Assembly: GCA_023334545.1 (NCBI GenBank)
Contig: JAADVB010000042.1
Coordinates: forward strand, 1-64,000
Direction of reading: 5' to 3'
DNA from: Salisapilia sapeloensis CBS 127946
Lineage: Eukaryota > Protista > Oomycota
Length of the DNA stretch: 64,000 bases
In this document: piece by piece, positions 22,103-35,900 of the stretch
Layout: each line of letters begins with the position of its first letter
Numbering within the stretch: the first letter of the stretch is position 1
Program-made: the position numbers and the translations under genes
The notes under the pieces: generated by a model
What the model saw: the letters and a program-made list of their open reading frames with translations, nothing else
Database searches by the model: none
Told to the model about the DNA's origin: nothing

Positions 22103-23744
22103 ATGATTTCGGCGTTAGCATGGGTGCCCAAGGGTGCGTCGAAGCGTATGCCAGAGAAGCAGCAATTAAGCAAAGAAGAGATTGCTATGATGCATAATTT
22201 GGCGCAGGAAGAAGCAGAGGAAGAAGCCGAAATGGAAGCTGCCGTTGATGCGGACATGCCGTCGGATGACGAATTGCCAGAGTCTTTCAAGATGGACGAG
22301 TACGACGAAGAAGACGATGATGCTGCCATTCAAGCTTATATCAACCAAAACGATCAGGATGGTGGCGATGAGGATGAAAAGGAGGATGAAGCGACTGATG
22401 CCGATGGGAACGTCGAAATGGGCGATGACGACGACGACGAAGATGATGAGCTGGAAAATGACAAAGAGGACCTTGAAATCCGTCCAGATGACAGCGTCGT
22501 TCTCGTCGCAACGACGGAAGAAGAGTATAGTAACCTAGAAGTCCAGATCTACGACGAAGAAGCTGGCGCTTTGTACGTACATCACGAAATTACATTGCCA
22601 GCATTTCCGCTGAGTTTAGCTTGGATGGATACGAACCCGAACGGTTCGTTGGGCGACAAGGGCAGCTACGTTGCTGTTGGAACATTTAAGCCGGGTATTG
22701 AAATCTGGGACCTGAATGTTTTGGATGTGCTCGAGCCGTCTGCCACACTCGGAGGTGAAGACGATCCGTCTCTACGTGATGTCGCAATGCCTACCAGTCG
22801 TGGTAAGAAGAAGAAGAAAAACGAGCGGACAATGCGACAAGGTAGCCACGCAGATGCTGTCATGACGCTCGACTGGAATCGTCACCATCGTCAGCATCTT
22901 GCAAGTGGGTCAGCTGATACCACTGTCAAGGTTTGGGATATTACGACGCAGCAGTGTACGACGACACTGTCCCATCACAAGGACAAGGTGCAGTCAGTCA
23001 AGTGGCACCCGACGGAAGGATCTGTGCTAGCTTCCGCAGCATTTGACCGGTCACTCATTGTGCTTGATGGACGGACACCAGATGCATTCTCGTCCTTTGC
23101 TCTAACAAGTGATGTCGAAAGTCTGTGCTGGGCTCCACACTCGTTGTCGACGATTGTCGCCAGTACCGAGGACGGTATGATCTCGGCGTTTGATGTGCGT
23201 ATGAACAACAGTGCGCCTCTTTACCGGTTCCAGGCACATGCTGGAGCCGTGTCCTCTATTGCGTTCTCGAACAAGGTGCCTGGCATGATGGCATCGGCAG
23301 GTGTCGACAAAACGGTTAAGGTGTGGGACACCAGCGCTGCGTCGTCCTCGAAAGCTCCGACGTGCATTACGTCAAAGGAGATGATGGTGGTACGTACAGA
23401 CTACTGCATACTTTTATTCATAGAAGAGTAGCTGAGTTGTATGTTTTTAGGGTGAGCTGTTTACGATGGAATTTGCTCAGAGCGAGCCATTCTTGCTTGG
23501 CTGTGGAGGAGACAAGGGCGTCCTTGCATTGTGGGATGTTTCGGAGAACCAAGGCGTCGAACGCCACTTTTCGTCTCGCGTCCAAGAAGATGGTGCTGTG
23601 AACAGTGAAGGTTTAGACTTGTCCAAGTCTTTCCAATCAGCCGACCAAATTGCTGAGGAATTGGCAATGGAAGAGGAGACCATGGAAGGCACGGACGGGA
23701 AAAAGGCAGGAAAGAAGAAGAAACCTCGATCCAAGAAGAAATAA
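22103..23744 (+). CDS. PWP1: Periodic tryptophan protein 1 (WD40, ribosome biogenesis); join(22103..23389,23451..23744), ~526 aa
   Basis: MISALAWVPKG start, acidic region, YSNLEVQIYDEE..LYVHHEITLPAFPL, YVAVGTFKPGIEIWDLNVLD, WD repeats (LASGSADTTVKVWD) and a basic tail. One GT-AG intron. Confidence 0.95.
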
Positions 23745-23912
23745 ACTAAACAGGGCACCATGCATTTTTGTATGAATCGACTTGGAAAGTGTTGATGTTT
23801 AGAAGTAATTGACCAGTTCGATCACTGATACGGGTGTCACCGTTGGTATGTACTTCGATGTAAGAAGAAAGATCTATGTCGACTTGGGATATCTACTCGA
23901 GCGTATTTATCT

Positions 23913-24187
23913 TCATTTACGACTACTTTCTGTAGGCTGATCCACTTTGGAAGGCTTTTCTTTTAGTCGCGTTGACTCTTGAATCACATTTACACGCAAG
24001 AGCGTTTTAATGCGCTGACGCAATTTTAACAACCTCTACCAGTCACCACTCTTCTCTACACCTGCTAGTGCCGCAACGATATTGGCGACATCCAGCGGAG
24101 GAAGAGGAAGAAAAGTGAAAGAGTTGTTTATTTTTAAATATTAGATCACGAAGCTTTCATGGTAACTTGGGCACGTGAAGTTTCTAG
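23913..24187 (-). pseudogene. Possible decayed coding relic, family not identified
   Basis: One minus-strand frame reads RNFTCPSYHESFVI*YLKINNSFTFLPLPPLDVANIVAALAGVEKSGDW*RLLKLRQRIKTLLRVNVIQESTRLKEKPSK..*. It is protein-like text with two internal stops; no family recognised. Confidence 0.2.
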
Positions 24188-25323
24188 GATAATTATAAAA
24201 GGGTTGAAGTTCACAGCAATTAGCGCGACACTTTCAAAATGAAGTGAAGAGATAGATCTACATCCTTGATTCTAATCAAGCATAATTTGACTGAGTTTAT
24301 ATTGACAAGGGCAAACGCGAATGGATTCCTTGGTAGTTACGGCATCCTGTAGATCACCAGACTGATAGCGATTCCGTCCTTGAGTTCATAGCTCCATACT
24401 TCCCTATCTCGATGGATATTGAGTTCAGTGATGTCCAAGCTGAATACTACAGCCATGTTACTTCATACCTCGTTGCTGTGCACGGCAGACGTAAAATTTA
24501 CTCCCAGACTTATAACTCATAGTGAAGCCAATGCCACTGCAGTAGAAATTGAACATGCCTCCACAGAGTATTTTTGTGCTACAAGTTACCATGGAGTGAG
24601 TTTGTTTTTTCAGATTGCTGACCTCTACGATGCAAACATCCATATATTCCATTTAAGGTTTTCGCACTACTTCAGATTTCACCTGCCCGCGCAGAGCAGT
24701 GTTTCGTTTATGGGACTTGCATAAAAAATCGTGCTGGCGACCAATACGAGAGCAACCAGCTCCTATTAACGTATAAGACAAGCTTCGCATATATTCGGTA
24801 GATACTGCTGAAAGCTATCTCACGCTTCAAAGCGTATCTCTTTCGCGCATAGACGGTGACTGCAAGATCGCTATCATATGAGGTTGCCACGCCTTTACGT
24901 TGTGTGACTAAAATGGACATTCTACAAGGTAATCAGAGCTGCTTTGTATCCGATGTCTCATTTGGCTGGTCGTTTAAATGCAGTATGTGATCCTCGAAAC
25001 TTTTATCTCATGCTCATGTGGTTTACGATGAACAACTTTAAGCGTAACTGCACTCGTGCTCATGTTGACGTTGAGCTCATTGATACGATGTAGAGACGTG
25101 TTGGCTTTTAAAGCGTGTCGAAGAGTGATAGCGGCATCACTAGAGACTGCAAAATGTCTTTGACTAGTGCAAATATGTCAGCAGCAATTACTTTCTCCAA
25201 CAAAATATACTCTTATGTATAGTATCCGACTGTCTTTACTGATGATCTAGTCGCGGGAAGAAGGCAATTAACACCGTTCAGGTCACTCAGATACATTTAG
25301 TTATACAGGATGAACGGAGGCTT

Positions 25324-25923
25324 TTAGAGCTCTACAATGATCGACTTCTTTCGTCCAGCTGGGTTGTGTTTCACCTCTTTCGCATAGTAGATTGAGTCTT
25401 CAATGGACTTTGTACCAGTCTTCTCAGGGCTTTGCTTTACATTGGCATTGTATCTGTTCGTTGGTTTTCGCGCATCGTAGGTTAGCAAATTGGACGAATG
25501 ATTCCTACGAGGCTTTGGCTCTGGAAACGCATCGCTGTGATGTCGATTCAAATCGGCCTTCGCGGACTTGGACGTAGGCAAGCCAGGACGACCGCCTTCC
25601 ACAGTCGACTTTGACAAAGACGACGCTGCAGATGCAGAGCGTGCATTCTGTGGCGCAATATAGGAACTGGACAAATCTTCACGGTCCTTCTGTTGGCGTT
25701 CACGCTGACGATCTCGGGCAAGACGGATAGGTACGCGAGAGTTGGACCGACTTGTCGAGTGCAAGCCTGCTAATGACTGAAGCAATTGCCTTCGCCCAGG
25801 TGTGACTTCTGAAGAGTCATCGCTAGGAGTGTCGTTGGCAGTGGCTTTTGACTCCGTGCGTGTAGCTCGCTCACAAGTGCATCGGAATTGACGGCACTGT
25901 TTACAACGCATCTTCCAAGGCAT
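25324..25923 (-). CDS. Hypothetical 199-aa disordered basic/Ser-rich protein with N-terminal CxxCxxxxCxC cluster
   Basis: ATG-initiated ORF with coding-like composition inside an AT-richer region. No family recognised. Confidence 0.6.
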   Translation of the reverse strand: MPWKMRCKQCRQFRCTCERATRTESKATANDTPSDDSSEVTPGRRQLLQSLAGLHSTSRSNSRVPIRLARDRQRERQQKDREDLSSSYIAPQNARSASAASSLSKSTVEGGRPGLPTSKSAKADLNRHHSDAFPEPKPRRNHSSNLLTYDARKPTNRYNANVKQSPEKTGTKSIEDSIYYAKEVKHNPAGRKKSIIVEL

Positions 25924-27695
25924 GGCCGAAACTGGAGTGTGTACAGTCTTCGCAAAAAAGAGTTGTCTTCCTGTTTGGCACGTTTGTATCGTAGTGAGCG
26001 AAGTGACGACTCACTAACGGTCAATGATCAGGATGCAGAGCCGGATTAAAATTTGAGTATAAGAGCGTCTCCTGAACGACTCTTTGATAGGCTGTGTAAA
26101 AATGAAGCGGCAGACACTGCTGACCGAGTGGAATTCAAATATGGAGGGAGAGGGGCGCCGACCGGAGGAATGTAGTATAGGTACTGCGGATCCCTTGTCC
26201 AATGTCGTGGGAAAAAGTTCAGAGGTCGGTCCTACTGACGCAACAAACTGCACCAATTTAGAGAGGTTTGCAACATAAAGAGAGAGAAGCTCCGTCAAAT
26301 GAAAGGCATCAGTATTGGCTATGGAGAGTTTTCCCTAATCTTGCAATCACGCGAAAGGCGATGGAAACGTATGAAAAGTCCAGCTGCGTCGAAGTTGAAG
26401 TACGTTTGAAGAGCTCAATGTCGCAGCCAAAGTGAGAAATTTATCTCGTCCAGAAAAATGGCACATAGTCACTTGGCCTTTCTACCTTGGCCACATCTTG
26501 TGCTTGCCTCTAAATGTACTCATAAATGGATCTCGCCGATCATCTAGTCGTTACTGTTACTGTCGCAATGAAAATTAGATTCTGCTGTCTTTGGAGCATT
26601 AGCATCTTGGTGCACGGAAAAATCTTGGTGAAACGATTGTAGAAGGATAGTAAACCGGCAAGGCTCGGATCGCTTTCCCATTACTTGTGCTGCGAAGTGG
26701 AAATCAACACATTTGATAACAGTGGATACGGACATGCAGAATATATACCATTTAAGTATACTGCATTATGGGTGATATCGTTAGGTCAATGTCGAGCGCT
26801 ATCGTAGTCATCTGAACAATATCCTGGGCGTGGACTGAAGTGTAGCCCTCCAAGTTACTTTTGTAAATGCATCTTGAAAGGACATGTTGATAGAAAATTG
26901 AAAGAGCATGTTAGCAGTGTGCCTGGGATCATAACGATCAGTAGAAGAAACACTTTATGGCATTAGCTCGTAAGTTCGTGTTCATCGTTTTCTGATTGCA
27001 TGCATGCGGCATTGAAGACAAGTTCGCATCCTTGTCATTTCAATCTAATACTGCACCCAAACTTTTTCTAATGCATGTGAAATGTAGCGTACACGAAGCT
27101 ATTGGAAATTGATTTTTATAGATTTTCTAGCATGAACGAGAAAATCTAAGATAGGTGAAAGCTCTAAAAATTGACGATGCATCGCCACTTCTACCTGAGA
27201 TATCACGTGTGATGGTTTGTTGCTAGTTCGCATCGTTCTTAATTCATATGTGCTGCGATAAAACCAGCACTGCCAGTGGCAAATGCCTACATGCTTCTTG
27301 CCAAAGAAACAAGTTTACAAGTAATTTACAGAAGTATCTGTCGTTGCAGGTGAAATTAAGCAACCAAAGGAGTTGATGTCCAACTTAACATGCTATCAAC
27401 CCATGTGCACATATTGTAGTCATCAGTTATCAACGTACATGACAAGATGTAGAAGATATTGATGCACCCATGCATCAGATGGGACTGTGAGTAAGGTGAT
27501 ACGGATCTTGATTGATGCAAGTTGTGCTTGTGGCAATGGATACGCTGGTGTAGTCGTTCTATGATAGATACACGGAACGAAATAGACACGGTTTTAGCTG
27601 AAACAAGTATACCAAATGGGATGTATTCAGGTATACTCTGTGCTACGAGCGAGATGGTAGCAAACGACTCTGTCCCTTGCTGCTTTACTTCGTGC

Positions 27696-28399
27696 TTATT
27701 GACCTGGTTGTGTGATATAAATGACGGTAGGGTCATTCGGATCCAAAAACGCTTTTTTCTGGGTTTGGACAAACGATTGATCAATCTTTTCGTTCTTATG
27801 TCGTTTGTCCATAAGACGAAGAAACACAGGCAGGACGATGCCTGTTCCACCGTTGTCGAATATGATCTTCCACGCGATGATGGATTCGCTTGCAATGTCC
27901 TTCTCATCTATCTGAATACACAGCATAAAAGTAAATATCTTTATGCTATCAATCTATTCAAATGATATTTCTTACCGCAGCAACTTTACCAGATATGCTG
28001 CAAGCACCAAAGATGGGTTGGTTAAACTTTTCGTCTGTCATATTCACAAGCGGTATTGACTGCAAAGAAACAAGATGATCAGCAAAAGCATGAGTAGAAT
28101 CAGTCTACTGAATATCTCGTACAAATGCTTCAAAGCGAATGCCGTATTGTTCTGTAGCTTTGTCTGCAACAAAAACAATTCGCTGTGTTGTGCAGTAGAT
28201 CCGTCCTTTGCTTTTCAACTTCTTGCTAAAAACAGCGTATTCAGTCACTTGCAGTCGCCGAATAGTATCGTAAAAGCATATACCCTTCATATATGCATTG
28301 GAATGTGATCTTTGCTCGCTCCAGAATGAATAGCTCTTGTGCATTCGCAAGTGGCAGTAGTCGCTGTCCATCTGCAAATAGTTGAGGCTTGAAAGACAT
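27696..28399 (-). CDS. WBP2-family PH-GRAM domain protein; exons approx. 28399-28284, 28225-28123, 28059-27976, 27911-27696; ~172 aa
   Basis: Spliced product reads ELFILER..KSKGRIYCTTQRIVFV..FEAFSIPLVNMTDEKFNQPIFGACSISGKV..WKIIFDNGGTG..AFLDPNDPTVIYITQP, matching WBP2/WBP2NL-like proteins. Three GT-AG introns keep the frame. Confidence 0.88.
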
Positions 28400-29595
28400 G
28401 CTGACAAGACTTCTTTTGTAGATGCTGGAACTTGAGCCAACGTGCAGATACATCTATTTTTGTCCTTGGTTCAGTACGTCGCGATCCAAATACTTTGACA
28501 GACCAGTAAATCCTTTCAAGTTGTACCGCTGAGCTAAAACTGCAATTGTACCAACGTTTATGTTTCAGAGATGGGCTTAACAACGCATACATGCAGTTGT
28601 TCCATTTACCAAAGGATAGCAAAGATATACCTTTAATATTAGTGAAGTATCATTTGGATCAAGCATAAGTCTAGTCCAGTGAAAACTTTAAAATTATTGA
28701 AATACCTGTTCTTGACAAAGCGTATAATGCCTTCACCAAGTAGCCTACTTCCACATCAACTGCACAAAGAATATCATGAGTGGGTAGCAGCGCATGGATC
28801 TGCTGAGACTCGCCAAATCTACACGTTCGGACATTCTTACCACCAAATTTGTCGAAAAGCTTATCTGTATGCACTGGATTGGTCTCCATGAGACTCACGA
28901 CAGGTTAAAACTCTGTTGTATGATCACCTAAATGCCCATGCTATTGGTTTAATTGCTTAGAAACCCTTGCTTGCATCGGTTATTTTGTAGTAATATGTCT
29001 GGAATATTAGTGCAGCCTGAAGAAGTGTGTGCGTTGCTTCTGACAAGAATTGCACTTCCTTTATTTTAAAGTCATGATAACACATTTAAGCATATAGAAG
29101 TAGCAATGTCTACATCCAAGTCTTGTGATACCGACGACCATAGGTATCTCCGAAGCTATGAAGACGCTTAAATGAGCTATGACACTAGTCTATTTTGGCC
29201 CACCTCATTGTCAACTAGCATGCTTTCGCTTCAAATTGAGCATATAAATATAAAATGCTACTGCTTCCTACTTCCTTTCAACACGAGCGAGCCGATAGCG
29301 TCACAAGAGCCAGCGATTGGACTCACTCTTATATCACTTAAATCGAGTGCAAGAAAGGGATAGCTGCTGTATCCCTTTACATAGAACCAGAAGCCAACTA
29401 AAAACGATACAACCCAAAAGTAAATCCTACATCAAGTCATCCTGCTGTGGCCAATCTCCATCCTATTCGTTATCTCAAGGATCTGTCCGTCCTCTGTGTC
29501 TGGCCTTGCGTCATATCCAAGTTGACGCTGGAGCTTTTTCCAGCTCATGCGTGCATCCAAGTCATGCCATGTCGTATAAGCGTCCATCCTATCAC

Positions 29596-32418
29596 TCAGT
29601 AAAAGCCTCCACTCCAGCTATCGTGCGACACTTGACTAAATCTCGGCGAGCTCGGCGCCTGGGACGATGGACCCATGCCCTGCGACATATAGTTCGCTCT
29701 ACCTCCCACCTGGTCATACCGAGGGTCGAATCGAGAGTCCAGCGGAGGTGGCGCAGGTCGCTGATGACCTCCACCACGCTCACCCTTCGGATGTTTGCGT
29801 TGCGGGAACTGCATGAACGACGGCTGAAGGTTACTCAACGGTCCTTCCACGAGAAGTCCGTGGTGACGGTAGTGCGTAAGTAGTTTATTCCAAAGCGCTT
29901 GTTTCGAAAGCACGCGCGGATTTCCCAACAAGATGACACCGTACTTGGCACGTGTTAGTGCGACATTCAAACGACGTCGGTCACTAAGGAAGCCAATGCC
30001 TTGGCTTTCATTCGCACGAACGCAAGACAGGATAATGAGGTCTTTCTCTCGACCTTGGAACGAGTCGACACTCGCGACTTCCACGTCCTTATACAATTGC
30101 GCTCGAAGAGATCCGTTGCGTTGCATGTAGTTGACAACGTACGCTCGTTGTCCTTCATACGGCGTGATGACACCGATTTGAGACGGGTAGACACCAGCTT
30201 TAAGGAAGTTGGTTACGACTTTCTCAACGTTGCTAGCTTCCGTTCGATTCAAGTAACTCGTACCACTAGAAGAGATCTCTTCAGCACCTTGGCAGATGTA
30301 GAAGAACGTCGGTTTGGCATCACTTGGCCATGGGAAGTCCACATAGGACAATTGTCGTTCGCCAGTCGACACACCATTCTCCAACTCGCCATCGTAAAAC
30401 TCATTGGATGGAAAGTCGGAGAGGAATGGATGCATGCGGTACTGAACACGTAGTCGGTAGGGTTTATTCCCGAGTGATAGCATACGATCGAATAGAGATT
30501 TGTTCAATCCAGCACTCGCAGCCTTCTTATTCATCACGACAGGACCGAGTTGACAGTGGTCACCGACCATAACCACGCGTTTACTTCCTTGTACGATTGG
30601 AATGAGGCACTCTGGCTCCGTCGCCTGTGTCGCTTCATCGATCAGCACTTGTCGGAAACGGAATTTCGCTAGACGCGGATCTCCTGCACCGACACAAGTG
30701 GTGCAGATGACGTCGGCAGCCTGTAAGATTTCTCGCTCTGCCTGTCGTTTTAGATTCTTAAAACGCTTTTCGTCCTGCGAAGATAATTCTCCTTGATCTT
30801 CTTTCAACTGCGATAACTTCCGGAGCTCTGCCTTGTCTGGAGATGAAAGGGATTTAACCATCGTATGGAGTGATAGATGCTCGACACTAGAAGCCACAGC
30901 CTCTCGACTCTTGGCCGCGAGACGCACCACTTTGATGCCAGTCGCACTAATCTTTAACGTTAAGTGGTCGACGGCGATGTTTGAAGGAGCAGTCACGAGC
31001 ACTTGGCCCATGTTTTGCTTTGTCAAATGGTACACAATGGACGCTGAGGTGACCGTCTTACCAGTACCTGGTGGGCCTTGGATGAGACTTAGTGGTTGCT
31101 GCAAGACGTTTTTCACGGCATCCAGTTGCGGCGGATTGAGCTCTGGCAAACCAGGTGCAGAGAGTCGAGCGGCTTGTCCACCCTTTGGCGCTCGAATCGT
31201 CTGCGTCGCGACCTCATGACCGAGGATTTTGTGGTACAAGAAGCCTGTGAGCGACGTATCGTCGACGACAAACGTCTTCAAAGCCTTTTGCATCCGATCA
31301 AAGGACGTCGATTTCCAGACAAAGTCCACGAGATAGCCATCTGAGATGTGGATGGGCGCATGCGGATTACGCATCTCCAACGTCACTTCCCACTCGTCGA
31401 TGCGAAGGACGTGTCCCGTTCCTTCCCAGTCTTTCCCATTCACAAGCGCTGCACTCGGACCGAGCCGCAGTCGCATTTCATCGCCAGGAACGAGACGCAT
31501 GTCCGAGTCCGGTCGGTTACAAGAGAAGATGGCGGTGCGTTTTTTATTGAGACCCGTATCCCATCGGACGAGGACACCGTCCTGCGTCTGACTCTCCTTC
31601 ATTTTCTTGTCGTAATCGCTCTCCATCTTCACGAGCGGACCAAAGACCGCTTGGTACTGGTACCCGTCATCGTACTTGGGCATGACCTCCACCGGATCAT
31701 CGTCCACACCAGGTCGGTCTAGATCCTCTAGCGTCGCGTGTGGATGCTCGCGCCATAGCTCTTCTAGCTTAGCGATTTGGTCCGACGTGATCTGCCTCGC
31801 ACGTAACTGTTCTTGGTCCGAAGGCACGTGGACAAGCCAAGAGAGGAAGGCACGGTCCTGGATGATCGGGAGCCATTGGGCGAGATCCCATGACAAGTCC
31901 TTGAGTGCATTCATCTGAAGGCAAGGGTCTCGACATAATAGGACGACGACACTGTCCTGCTTGGCAGGAATGAAGCCTAGTAAGAAAGCGTTGCGACAGC
32001 CGCAATTGTAACACTCAAGCACAGTGTCTCCTAGAGGAGAGTCCGGGTGCAACGCTACTTCTTTGTTCTTACTACGTACTAGATGCTGGATGATGTGCGA
32101 CCCGTTCGTGTGGCCACGAGCGTTGCAAAACCACTTGTCTGTCGTCACGCACTTGACGACGCTTGACGGATCGTGGAGACCGCAGTAGGCACAGGCGTGG
32201 TCCGGTAGACCAGCAGGATCTTCATCTCCACTGGAATCTTCAAACGCCAGCAGTTGCTGGAGATCATCCCCAGGCGTCGGACTGTCCGTGGCTAGTCCGA
32301 GGCTACCAAAGCCATTGAGCGCAGCCGACGGGTCCTCTAGATCGAAAGAAGAGTTGTCGTCTGCAAAAGCATACATGGACGTCTCGTCTAGAGACGAGGG
32401 TATCCTGCTATTGTCCAT
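29596..32418 (-). CDS. UPF1: Regulator of nonsense transcripts 1 (SF1 RNA helicase, NMD), ~940 aa
   Basis: CH domain ([34 protein letters not shown]), [56 protein letters not shown] and [13 protein letters not shown]. First ATG at 32418. Confidence 0.98.
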   Translation of the reverse strand: MDNSRIPSSLDETSMYAFADDNSSFDLEDPSAALNGFGSLGLATDSPTPGDDLQQLLAFEDSSGDEDPAGLPDHACAYCGLHDPSSVVKCVTTDKWFCNARGHTNGSHIIQHLVRSKNKEVALHPDSPLGDTVLECYNCGCRNAFLLGFIPAKQDSVVVLLCRDPCLQMNALKDLSWDLAQWLPIIQDRAFLSWLVHVPSDQEQLRARQITSDQIAKLEELWREHPHATLEDLDRPGVDDDPVEVMPKYDDGYQYQAVFGPLVKMESDYDKKMKESQTQDGVLVRWDTGLNKKRTAIFSCNRPDSDMRLVPGDEMRLRLGPSAALVNGKDWEGTGHVLRIDEWEVTLEMRNPHAPIHISDGYLVDFVWKSTSFDRMQKALKTFVVDDTSLTGFLYHKILGHEVATQTIRAPKGGQAARLSAPGLPELNPPQLDAVKNVLQQPLSLIQGPPGTGKTVTSASIVYHLTKQNMGQVLVTAPSNIAVDHLTLKISATGIKVVRLAAKSREAVASSVEHLSLHTMVKSLSSPDKAELRKLSQLKEDQGELSSQDEKRFKNLKRQAEREILQAADVICTTCVGAGDPRLAKFRFRQVLIDEATQATEPECLIPIVQGSKRVVMVGDHCQLGPVVMNKKAASAGLNKSLFDRMLSLGNKPYRLRVQYRMHPFLSDFPSNEFYDGELENGVSTGERQLSYVDFPWPSDAKPTFFYICQGAEEISSSGTSYLNRTEASNVEKVVTNFLKAGVYPSQIGVITPYEGQRAYVVNYMQRNGSLRAQLYKDVEVASVDSFQGREKDLIILSCVRANESQGIGFLSDRRRLNVALTRAKYGVILLGNPRVLSKQALWNKLLTHYRHHGLLVEGPLSNLQPSFMQFPQRKHPKGERGGGHQRPAPPPLDSRFDPRYDQVGGRANYMSQGMGPSSQAPSSPRFSQVSHDSWSGGFY

Positions 32419-32924
32419 AACGAGTCGACGTCCGCCGGAAGGACGAGCTACGGAGCGAATAAAGCGACACCACCGGTGATCGCGCGAGTTTGTCTTTCGC
32501 GTGTGCCTCGAAGAAAAGCTTAGGACAACTATATGTAATAATATACGCAAAATGTCCGAATACTTAGTACTTCCTCGAATTCCGATCTATCGTAATTTAC
32601 ATCCTTGCGCTTGATCAGATGTTATATATCGAAAATTAAAACGATTTCCACGTCTTCTACAATCTGTCTTTCTCCTTCCTTCCTCCATTCTTCTATTCAA
32701 CTGAATTGCATATAAAAAGTAGAAACATTTGAATGTTTGCTTCCAGTCGTTGGATGTCCTTGTACTACCATCTTCATCAGTTCATTATGTGGACCACATT
32801 TATCATTAAACTTGATGTTTGTATGCTTTGATGTCGGCGGCAAAATCGGGTCGAGAACCCGCCAAAAGCAGATTGCAAAGTACTCGTTTAAACGCACTTC
32901 CTCTTCTTCGCTATATACGTCTTG

Positions 32925-35900
32925 ATGGCGAGACCACAGCGACGCACCGCGAGATCCAGTCGGCAGCAACCGATGCCGTCTCCATCTGCAGAAGAAAATG
33001 ATTCGAATGACGGTCCGAGTGACACGGAAAGCGAGTCTGAGACCGTCGGTGTAGACGCTCCAGATACCGAAACCAATGCGCAGTACTTGTCCGGCAAGTA
33101 TATCAGTAAAGCTGGGAATAGTACACAGCTAGTGAAGCGTCTACAGGACGTTCGTGGCGCTTTGCAGCGTCAAGCAGCGTCTACTTCAGCGTCCTTTACA
33201 TCCGTCCTGAAGGAACTATTGGCTCCTGCTATCTGCAACAACAAGAACAAGGTCGTACAGGCATTAGCAGCTTGTTGTATTAGTGAAATGATGCGTATTA
33301 CATCTCCTGCTTCTCCCTTCGCCACTTCAGATGAGCTGGAGGAGTCGTTCCAAGTACTTTGCGAAGTCTTTAGCTCCATCTCTGATGCTTCTACTAGTAA
33401 AAAGAAAGATCCTCGCTCCAAAGAATATGCAGTCGAAGCGTTGGAGCAATGTAGTGCATCCAAAGGGTATCTTCTTATCCTCCAAGTGGACGATTCGGAC
33501 GATAATGACGTTCCGATGCTCACGCAATTCTTCCAAAGTCTGCTGGAAGGTGTAGATGACTCTTCTCAAGAGCATCTAGTCGTCTCGATTCTCTCTCAGT
33601 GTCTTGAAAAGATGGAGAAACCAGATCAGAGTCTCCTAGACGCACTCCTTCAGCCTCTTGCACAAGACGACGCCAAGGACAGCACATCTTACGCCGTCGT
33701 CAGCCAAGTCATCAAGTCCTGTAGCCACGTCCTGCAGTACCACATCCCAGACTACTTGAACCGGATGCTTCCAGGTCACGCGTCTAATCTTCTCGTGGAC
33801 AAACCATCTGCATTACAAGACCATGTCTACGCTCTCATCCTTTCTCTGCAGCAAGTGGACCCGTTGCAAGTCACACGTGTCCTCCCATCCGTCTTTCATC
33901 AGCTACAGATTGACAATTTGAAGATCCGGAGTGATGCTGTTGCTTTCTTAGGGAAATTCTTTGCGCTAGACTGTGTCGATACGTCTAGTGCATACAAACA
34001 AGATCTGCATGCGTTCATGGAAAGATTTAGAGACGTCAGTAAAGATATTCGTAAGCAAATGATTGAAATTGGAGCACAGTTATGGCAATCGAAACCGGAT
34101 GTCGCGAACGTCGTCGAGAGTCAGATCATGGAACGTCTGTCCGATCGAGATTGGGACGTACGACGTCTCGCTGTGACGGAAGTATGTGACGTCGCTGTCG
34201 CGGATCTATCGCTCGTCTCGGCCAAGTGTCTCGAAGAAGTCGGCGAGCGTATGCGTGATAAGAAAGTTGTTACGCGAAAGGAGACGATGACAGGATTGAG
34301 TCAATGCTTTCGTGTCCACATCACCAACTACATTGAGGAAGACACAGATCTATCAGATATGAACAAGAGCGTACCGAGGGACCACGCAGAGAAACTGGCG
34401 TGGGTCCCATCCTACGTCCTACAGTGCTTTTCATATGATAACCAGGAGCTACAGCTACGAGTTGTCCAGCTACTAGATGACATTCTCCTACCTAAAGCAT
34501 TTGCTGATACTCGACGAGCAAAGATACTTGTCTACATGTTCATGCAGCTAGAAGACAAGGCGCAGGAAGGACTGAGACGCGTGCTGCATCAGCGAAGTAA
34601 GAGTTTCTCGGCTATTCGATCCTTCTGTCTCGCAAGACAGATTAAAGATGAAGACCAGACGCGAGTACTTAGCAAAGCTGTCAGTAGTCTCCACAGCGTC
34701 CTCAGCGTCGTCTTGAAAGAGACGCCGGATCTCTCGTCCCTCGTGACACAGTTGGCAAAGCACAAAGATAAAGCAGTATTCAAGCATCTGGACAGCGTCG
34801 TCGATGCGTCGCACACATCTCAAGAGCTGCGCAAGGCTCGCGATGACCTTATCACGGCCGTAGGATCCAAGTCAGCTCTCGGACAGCTCTTACGAGACGT
34901 CTGTCGTCAAACAAGTACGTTGACACTGACTCAGCAAGGCCTTGAAGTCCTCTTGGAGCATCTCGAGACGTCTCAAGTGGCTAGTGGGAAGATGAACGTG
35001 GCTATTGGTAAGTTGATCGAGATGCATGTCAAGTACATTCCTCAGCTGCTTTCTCCTTTCGTATCGGAGCAATTCCCAAAGCTCGTGACGTGTGGCATGA
35101 ACGGACAAGGGCTGTCTGTCTCGGATTCGGACGACAGTGAAGAGGAAAGTGGGCAAGATCGACGCGTCATTCGTTCTCTCCTACGTGCTTTATCTGAGTT
35201 TGCAGCCTTCTACCGGAAGCTGCCAGCTAATGAAGAACTGGAGCTATCGGCATCCTTGTCGAGTGCCTTGAGACACTGCGTTCTTGGTCAGCATCATGTC
35301 AGTTCTAGTCGTAAACTAGCGCATGCCAAGGACGAACAAGTGGTGAAACTCGCTGCAAAGACGTTTGCGAACTTGGCGACGCGTGAGGAAGTGGATCGGA
35401 TGGCGCATGACCTCACAGCGCCTTCGAGGTTGAAAAGCGGAGACGCTACGACTGTGCAAACGGCGCTTTTGGCGCTTCGGATTATGGCAAAGCATGGCGC
35501 TGCTAGTGCACTGGCATCTACGAGTATCTTGGAGAACGTGTGGCAGACACTCTATCATGGCATCATCCTGTCTGCCTCAGAAGAGAGTGAAGAAGATGCC
35601 AAGAGACGGTGTCTGGCACTCCAAGCAGCAACGAATCTCCTGCTGTATGCTGCGCCAGACGACGATGAGAGAGGAAAAGAGCTTGTGCGTGTCCTCTTTG
35701 ACGCTTTACAGTCGGAGAGAAAATGGTATAAGAAGAAGCAGTGGAGGACAGAGGTACGTGCGGCGGCAGGAAGTAGTGCTTTAAAGGTAGCTCGTAACTC
35801 TCACTTGGAGCGACATGTGTCTGTCGAGCTATGGCACTTGCTTGCGTCCTTGGTCCAGGATGATAGTGTCATCGTGCGACGGCAGATGGCCAAGACACTG

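Noticed and set aside
23913-24187. TAA/TAG-to-Gln reassignment (ciliate-type code) to explain interrupted frames
   Set aside because: Bona fide genes here (recA, PWP1, MDN1, DRC2, ALG12) terminate at TAA or TAG.
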